A stretch of DNA of 64,000 nucleotides, taken from Limisphaerales bacterium (GTDB taxonomy: Bacteria; Verrucomicrobiota; Verrucomicrobiia; Limisphaerales; JAJOIW01). Both the position numbers and the translations under genes were made by a program. This document shows positions 58,537 to 64,000 of the stretch, one piece after another (position 1 is the stretch's first letter; the number at the start of each line of letters is the position of its first letter). A model generated the notes under the pieces. The model did not search any database. It worked only from the letters and a program-made list of their open reading frames with translations, and had not been told where the DNA came from. The stretch is from contig CBFHOE010000002.1 of NCBI GenBank assembly GCA_965657355.1, positions 347,856 through 411,855 of the forward strand. The letters run 5' to 3'.

Positions 58537-58869
58537 ATGGACACTGAACCATTCATTGAGTTGAACAAAATAATCCATGAAAAAGGCAGGCTAGCTATCG
58601 TTTCCATCCTTGCAGCCTCTCCCAACCTTTCATTTACAGAGATTAAAGAAATGCTGAAAATGACAGATGGTAATGTCACGGCCCACATGCGCACATTAAA
58701 GCAAGCTGGCTTCGTCGCTGTCACCAAATCTGTATCCAAAAAGCGCCCTCTCACTACCTATTCACTCACGGAGGAAGGCCATAAAGCATTCAACCAGTAT
58801 CTCAGCCACTTAGAAGCTATACTTGACTTGTCCAGGTCACAATCACCTACAGAAACCACAAAAATATAA
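58537..58869 (+). CDS. Winged-helix transcriptional regulator (HTH_34/ArsR-like)
   Basis: IHEKGRLAIVSILAASPNLSFTEIKEMLKMTDGNVTAHMRTLKQAGFV. I placed the start at the internal ATG preceded by GGAGGA. Confidence 0.72.
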   Translation: MDTEPFIELNKIIHEKGRLAIVSILAASPNLSFTEIKEMLKMTDGNVTAHMRTLKQAGFVAVTKSVSKKRPLTTYSLTEEGHKAFNQYLSHLEAILDLSRSQSPTETTKI

Positions 58870-58936
58870 TGCATGTGAAAAGAGATGGCACCTTGAATTT
58901 GATAAATCTCCATTTACTTTGCAACACAAAGAAAAA

Positions 58937-59818
58937 ATGAAAATACAAATCAAAAGAGCTCAGCATTATGGCATGTGCTTCGGAGTCCATGATGCGATCG
59001 AGTTGGCGCGCGAGGAATCCAGCAGCGGCCCAATGACGATATTGGGAGATCTGGTTCATAATGAGTCGGTCATGAGTGAATTGAAAGCGTCAGGAGTCGA
59101 AGTCGAGAGAAATGTGGGAAGCTTGAAGACTCAAAAAGTGATGATAACGGCACACGGCGCATCCGAGAAAAGAGTTGAACTTGTCAAAGCGCGCGGGCAC
59201 GAGGTTGTTGAGGCGACATGCCCATTAGTAAAATATGCACACCGATCTGTATTTAAGTTGGTCAATAAGGGGTATTACCCAGTAATCATAGGTAAGCGGG
59301 GTCATGTAGAAGTCACCGGAATGACGGAAGACTTAGATGAGTTTACGGTCATAGAGAACCAGGACGAAATTCCACTTATTCCATTGAATGCGAAATACGG
59401 AGTCGCTTCTCAGACGACACAGCCGATTGGCAAAGTTAGGGCCATTGTCGATAAGATGTCATCCTTGTTTAATGAGAGTGAAGTTAAGTTTATCGACACG
59501 GTATGCCGCCCTACGAAGGATCGTCAGCAGGCAGCGGAGAAGTTAGCTTTGGAATGTGATGTGGTTCTCTGCGTTGGAGGCAAGGATTCTAATAATACGA
59601 GACAGCTCATGGTTAAATCTCAGCAGTTAGGTGCGAACGCGTATCACATTCAAGGCCCAGAAGACGTTCATGCCGAGTGGTTTAGAGACTCAAAAATTGT
59701 AGGTTTAACGGCCGGAACCTCCACACCTATGGAGATTGTTGATAAGGTAGAGCTTCGATTGGAAGAAATCGTCAGAGAAATAGACTATTCGCCTGTTCCA
59801 GCTGCCTTGCATGCCTAG
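58937..59818 (+). CDS. ispH: 4-hydroxy-3-methylbut-2-enyl diphosphate reductase
   Basis: GMCFGV, ATCPLV and TVCRPT Cys motifs, plus GGKDSNNT. I placed the start at MKIQIKRA. Confidence 0.92.
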   Translation: MKIQIKRAQHYGMCFGVHDAIELAREESSSGPMTILGDLVHNESVMSELKASGVEVERNVGSLKTQKVMITAHGASEKRVELVKARGHEVVEATCPLVKYAHRSVFKLVNKGYYPVIIGKRGHVEVTGMTEDLDEFTVIENQDEIPLIPLNAKYGVASQTTQPIGKVRAIVDKMSSLFNESEVKFIDTVCRPTKDRQQAAEKLALECDVVLCVGGKDSNNTRQLMVKSQQLGANAYHIQGPEDVHAEWFRDSKIVGLTAGTSTPMEIVDKVELRLEEIVREIDYSPVPAALHA

Positions 59819-59941
59819 ATGCATTTTTAATTGCAAAAAACACCTTCAAAACCAAATTAATAAGGAGTCAATAAAGGTCATAAAAAGCCATTGAGAACAA
59901 CTTAGTATTTCGGTTCTATTCGATATAGATACAATTTGGGC

Positions 59942-62900
59942 ATGATTTTAATGAAACCCAGTTGTGTTCTCATACTTCAGAGTTCTCTAATGACTCTATT
60001 GCTGGCATTGATTCCTTTGAAGAATCAGGCCACCACCCCAGTAGATCCCTCCGTCAGTATCACTCGGTCCTTAATTGAAAGGTATGAATTAGATCTTGGA
60101 AACCTGAAGAGGTTTTACAGAGTCGACTTTTCAGAAACGACATTTAAAAGAATTGATAAGCACCATCAGGAATACCAAGAGAAGCTTGCATCGCTAGATT
60201 TTGATAAGCTAAGCCAAGCAGGGAAAATTGATTACCTCCTTTTTAAAACCCATCTTCATTATGAAAGAAAGGACCTTAATACCGAGAGAAAGCGAATTTC
60301 AGAAGTCATGGAAATAGCGCCATGGGCTATAGACATTATCAAACTGATTGAAGATAGGCAGAGTGTTGAGCCAGTAGATGCTGGAAAATTAGCCTCATAT
60401 TTATTCAAGTTGAATCAAACCATTTCTAAACAAAAGAAAAATTGGGCAAAAACAGGGAATAAAGGGTTCGATAAGATCATCGCTAATAGGTCGGCAAATT
60501 TATTAGATAAATTAAACAGCCACTTATCGGAGTGGTACCGCTTTTACGACGGATATAATCCAGTCTTTTCCTGGTGGGTAAAAAAACCATATGAAAACAT
60601 AAAAAACAATATCCAATCTTCCTCTGATTGGTTGCGAAAAGAGGTAGCTGGTTATAAGGATGGAGAAGATGCTCCGCTTCTCGGCGACCCCATTGGGAAG
60701 GAAGCTCTTATGGACTCCTTGGCTAGAGAATGGATCCCCTACTCTCCAGAGAAACTTATAGAGATAGCTAAAATAGAAATGGCATGGTGCTTGAATGAGA
60801 GAAAGAAAGCCGCGAATGAAATGGGGTTTGGTGACGACTGGAAAGCAGCACAAAACAAGGTGAAATCTCTTCATGTTGGTCCAGGGGGACAGCCTCAGTT
60901 AATTAAAAAACTAGCTAAAGAAGCAGAGCTGTTTTTAGACGAGAGAGACATGCTTACAATTCCTGATATTGCGAGGGAAACCTGGCGGATGAATATGATG
61001 AGTGCTGAAAGACAAAAATATACACCTTATTTTACAGGTGGAGAGGTGATTTCTGTTTCTTTCCCAACAGATGAAATGGGCCATGATCACAAGCTTATGA
61101 GCATGCGAGGAAACAATGTCCATTTTTCAAAGGCTACCGTTCACCATGAGCTCATCCCCGGCCACCACCTTCAAGGCTATATGGCGAGAAGATACAATAC
61201 CCATAGAGATATTTTTAAAACCCCATTTTTTATCGAAGGGTGGGCATTATATTGGGAAATGCTACTGTGGGATCAGGGATTTGCAGACTCACCAGAAGAT
61301 AAAATTGGTATGCTGTTCTGGCGTTCGCACCGGTGCGCTCGAATTATTTTTTCTCTCAGTTTTCACCTCGGTTTAATGACCCCGGAGGAGTGCATTGATT
61401 TTCTAGTTGATAATGTCGGCCATGAGAGAAGAAACGCGACTGCGGAGGTCAGGAGATCCATACAAGGCGGTTACAGCCCATTATACCAAGCCGCTTATAT
61501 GTTGGGTGGTTTACAGATTAAAAACCTAAGCGAGCAATTTGTTACCAAAAAAGGATGGAGTTGGAAGAAATTCCATGACGCTATTTTATTGGAGAATTCG
61601 ATTCCAATAGAATTTATCAAAGCGTCCCTGGAGAACGTAGAACTGACTCCAAGCCAAACAAGCGTTTGGGAATTTTACCCAAACTTAAAAGACATAAAGA
61701 GACAAAACAACAAAGCGGCAAAGAAGATAACGCATCCACGAGCATTTCGAGACCAGGTAAGAGCACATTGGTATGATGACAATGAAAAATTTTGGTACAA
61801 GCTACAGAGCGGAAGGGATAGCCATGAATTTATAAACGTCGATGCAAAGACGGGTAGCCGGAGACCTGCATTTGACCATGTTAAAGTTGCTGAATTGATT
61901 TCTGAAGAGACAGCAAAATCAATCCAACCAGATAATCTTCCAATTAATGAAATAGAATATCTGAATGATGGGGATTTAATTAAATTCAAAGGTAAAAATC
62001 AAAGCTGGTTGTATGACACAAAAGAACACAGCTTGATTGATTTGAAAGGCCAATCAGCCAATGGGCTGACAAAATATGATACAGTTATTCCATCTGGTAA
62101 TGGAGGTGAAGAGTCCGAAATATCTTTCATTAATAAGCTTGGGGAAAGAGTAAAAATATACTGGGTAGATTCTGATAAAAACGAAGTCCACTATAACGAC
62201 CTAGCGCCTGGCAGATCTATTGACCAGCATACATTTGGCAATCATGTGTGGACCGTCCGATCAGGGGACGGAAGACTGCTTGGAGTGTATACCGCAAGCG
62301 GGGAGCCATCAGTTGCGATTATTGACGAACGAAAGGCTCAAAAAAGAAGACAGAAAAAAATCAAGTCAAGAGCAAGTCAGTCGCGTGTTACTGAAGGCTT
62401 ACTATCTCCCGACAAACAATGGCTTGCATTTGTCAGGGAAAATAATCTTTTTGTAAAAAACATTAAAAATAATGCATTTATTCAGCTGACAGATTACGCA
62501 ACGGATGATGACTCTTTTTCACAGAATGGGCAGCGAGAGAAATTCATGGGTATGAGATATGACTTCAAGGGCCACCCAGAACATTTACCCAAAGCATCCT
62601 GGTCCCCGGACTCTCAATTCCTCATAGCATTTAGTAATACAAAGGTTCCGGAACATTTAGTTCACATGGTGCAATCTTCCCCGAAAGATCAAATACAACC
62701 TAAATTACATACGATAAGTTATTTCAAGCCGGGAGATCCAATTCCAGAGGAGAAGCCCCATCTCTTTAATATTAACACGGGTAAAGAAATCGAAATAAGC
62801 AACAAGCTTTTCTCTAGGCCGTGGAGATTAGGCACAGTCGAATGGACGAATGACTCGAAAGAATTTTTATTCTCATATAACCAGAGAGGCCACCAAGTCA

Positions 62901-64000
62901 TGCGGGTCGTCGCCGTGGAAACTCAAACGGGTAAAACACGCGCAGTAGTCAGTGAAAACTGTACAACTTTTTTTGACTATGCATACAAATTCTATTGGAA
63001 CTGGTTAAAGAAGACGGACGAAGCCGTTTGGATGAGTGAAAGGGACGGATGGAATCACCTCTACTTAATCGATGTCAAAAATGGCACAGTGAAGAACCAA
63101 ATAACAAAGGGAGAATTCGTTGTTCGAAAAGTTCAAGAAGTAGACCCCAAAACACGAACAATTCTCTTTACAGCCGGTGGATTCACAAAGGGCGAAGATC
63201 CTTATCACGTCCATTATTTTAGGGTCAACTTCGATGGGTCTGGATTGACTCAATTGACAAAGGGTAAAGGGACCCACTCTATTGAGATTTCCCCGGGTAA
63301 AAAGTATTTTATAGATAAGTACTCGAGGGTCGACATGCCACCTATTCATGAATTGAGAAGTTTCGAGACAGGTCAATTAATAACGAATCTGGAGAAAGGA
63401 GATGCCTCTGAATATAAGTCGTCTGGCATCCCTCTACCTGAGAGGTTCGTGGCAAAAGGCCGGGATGGAATAACAGATATTTACGGTATCATCCACTGGC
63501 CAAAAAGAGTTAACCCAAATCAAAAATACCCTGTCATTGAAAACATATACGCGGGCCCTCATTCGGCGCACGTTCCAAAAGCGTTCAGAAACAGCTACCG
63601 ACAGCGACAACTTGTAGACATGGGATTTGTCGTCGTTCAAATCGATGGGATGGGCACGAGCCATCGATCGAAAGCGTTCCATGATGTCTGTTGGAAAAAC
63701 CTTGTGGATGCGGGATTCCCCGATCGAATTGCTTGGATTAAAGCTGCAGCAGAAAAATATCCCTCACTCGATATCACAAAAGTCGGAATTTATGGAGGCT
63801 CTGCAGGCGGGCAAAATACCCTTGGGGCACTTCTTACGTTCCCTGAATTCTATAAAGTCGGTGTTGCAGATTGTGGTTGCCATGATAATAGAATGGATAA
63901 GATTTGGTGGAATGAATTGTGGATGAGCTACCCAATTGAAAAGCACTACAAAGATCAATCTAACGTCACCCTGGCAAAAAATTTGGAAGGTGACTTACTT
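59942..64000 (+). CDS. Large secreted fusion protein: DUF885 + VHL-beta-like + DPP-IV N-terminal propeller + S9 peptidase (3' end outside window)
   Basis: This ORF is not in the supplied track. I translated frame 2 by hand from ATG 59942 and found no stop through 64000 (1353 codons). It has a signal-like N-terminus, the DUF885 motif HHELIPGHHLQ, SERDGWNHLY (DPP-IV) and GIYGGSAGG (S9 nucleophile). Confidence 0.85.
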   Translation, partial: MILMKPSCVLILQSSLMTLLLALIPLKNQATTPVDPSVSITRSLIERYELDLGNLKRFYRVDFSETTFKRIDKHHQEYQEKLASLDFDKLSQAGKIDYLLFKTHLHYERKDLNTERKRISEVMEIAPWAIDIIKLIEDRQSVEPVDAGKLASYLFKLNQTISKQKKNWAKTGNKGFDKIIANRSANLLDKLNSHLSEWYRFYDGYNPVFSWWVKKPYENIKNNIQSSSDWLRKEVAGYKDGEDAPLLGDPIGKEALMDSLAREWIPYSPEKLIEIAKIEMAWCLNERKKAANEMGFGDDWKAAQNKVKSLHVGPGGQPQLIKKLAKEAELFLDERDMLTIPDIARETWRMNMMSAERQKYTPYFTGGEVISVSFPTDEMGHDHKLMSMRGNNVHFSKATVHHELIPGHHLQGYMARRYNTHRDIFKTPFFIEGWALYWEMLLWDQGFADSPEDKIGMLFWRSHRCARIIFSLSFHLGLMTPEECIDFLVDNVGHERRNATAEVRRSIQGGYSPLYQAAYMLGGLQIKNLSEQFVTKKGWSWKKFHDAILLENSIPIEFIKASLENVELTPSQTSVWEFYPNLKDIKRQNNKAAKKITHPRAFRDQVRAHWYDDNEKFWYKLQSGRDSHEFINVDAKTGSRRPAFDHVKVAELISEETAKSIQPDNLPINEIEYLNDGDLIKFKGKNQSWLYDTKEHSLIDLKGQSANGLTKYDTVIPSGNGGEESEISFINKLGERVKIYWVDSDKNEVHYNDLAPGRSIDQHTFGNHVWTVRSGDGRLLGVYTASGEPSVAIIDERKAQKRRQKKIKSRASQSRVTEGLLSPDKQWLAFVRENNLFVKNIKNNAFIQLTDYATDDDSFSQNGQREKFMGMRYDFKGHPEHLPKASWSPDSQFLIAFSNTKVPEHLVHMVQSSPKDQIQPKLHTISYFKPGDPIPEEKPHLFNINTGKEIEISNKLFSRPWRLGTVEWTNDSKEFLFSYNQRGHQVMRVVAVETQTGKTRAVVSENCTTFFDYAYKFYWNWLKKTDEAVWMSERDGWNHLYLIDVKNGTVKNQITKGEFVVRKVQEVDPKTRTILFTAGGFTKGEDPYHVHYFRVNFDGSGLTQLTKGKGTHSIEISPGKKYFIDKYSRVDMPPIHELRSFETGQLITNLEKGDASEYKSSGIPLPERFVAKGRDGITDIYGIIHWPKRVNPNQKYPVIENIYAGPHSAHVPKAFRNSYRQRQLVDMGFVVVQIDGMGTSHRSKAFHDVCWKNLVDAGFPDRIAWIKAAAEKYPSLDITKVGIYGGSAGGQNTLGALLTFPEFYKVGVADCGCHDNRMDKIWWNELWMSYPIEKHYKDQSNVTLAKNLEGDLL

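Noticed and set aside
60524-63958. Several listed 60-116-aa ORFs on both strands.
   Set aside because: All are embedded in the uninterrupted 1353-codon frame-2 ORF that has DUF885 and S9 motifs.
1-64000. A search by eye for CRISPR arrays, long tandem or interspersed repeats, IS elements, rRNA and tRNA.
   Set aside because: None was seen. The intergenic regions showed no regularly spaced repeats. This reading cannot exclude short dispersed repeats.

Overview
Densely coding 64-kb chromosomal window with about 46 protein genes and one tmRNA. I saw no rRNA, tRNA, CRISPR array, transposase or integrase. The gene content suggests a low-to-moderate GC member of the PVC superphylum, most likely Verrucomicrobiota. 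That is an inference from a DUF1592/DUF1552 gene pair, three prepilin-type (H-X9-DG-like) proteins and a multihaem cytochrome plus beta-propeller dehydrogenase-like cluster. Housekeeping genes: valS 3' end, suhB-like, ispF, metF, rnhB, yraN, mutM, rlmD-like, ispH, a beta-CASP RNase and ssrA. Envelope and nutrient-scavenging genes: PhoA- and PhoD-type phosphatases, an EEP-family enzyme, a MacAB-like tripartite efflux operon, a Zur-like regulator with a COG0523 GTPase, and a CE15-like esterase. Two items are missing from the supplied ORF track. One is a tmRNA at 53068-53424 (-). The other is an ORF open for 1353 codons from 59942 to the window end, a DUF885 + VHL-beta-like + DPP-IV/S9 peptidase fusion. 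The best candidate for an undescribed system is the minus-strand cluster 23426-29504. It encodes a TMEM43/DUF1625-like membrane protein, a Mre11/SbcD(YhaO)-like phosphoesterase and a translationally coupled 1163-aa Rad50/SbcC(YhaN)-like ATPase. The ATPase has a hydrophobic hairpin in mid coiled coil and an unassigned ~220-aa C-terminal domain. Other points of interest: an 861-aa UxaA-family protein that looks like 1.5 tandem units with reciprocal motif decay; an orphan sigma54-type activator with GAYTDA in place of GAFTGA; two Fur-box-like palindromes; a GntR-ABC ATPase operon with no permease gene; and non-coding stretches of ~1 kb and ~0.8 kb. All assignments rest on by-eye motif recognition in the supplied translations. 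No database search, structure prediction or statistics was run.
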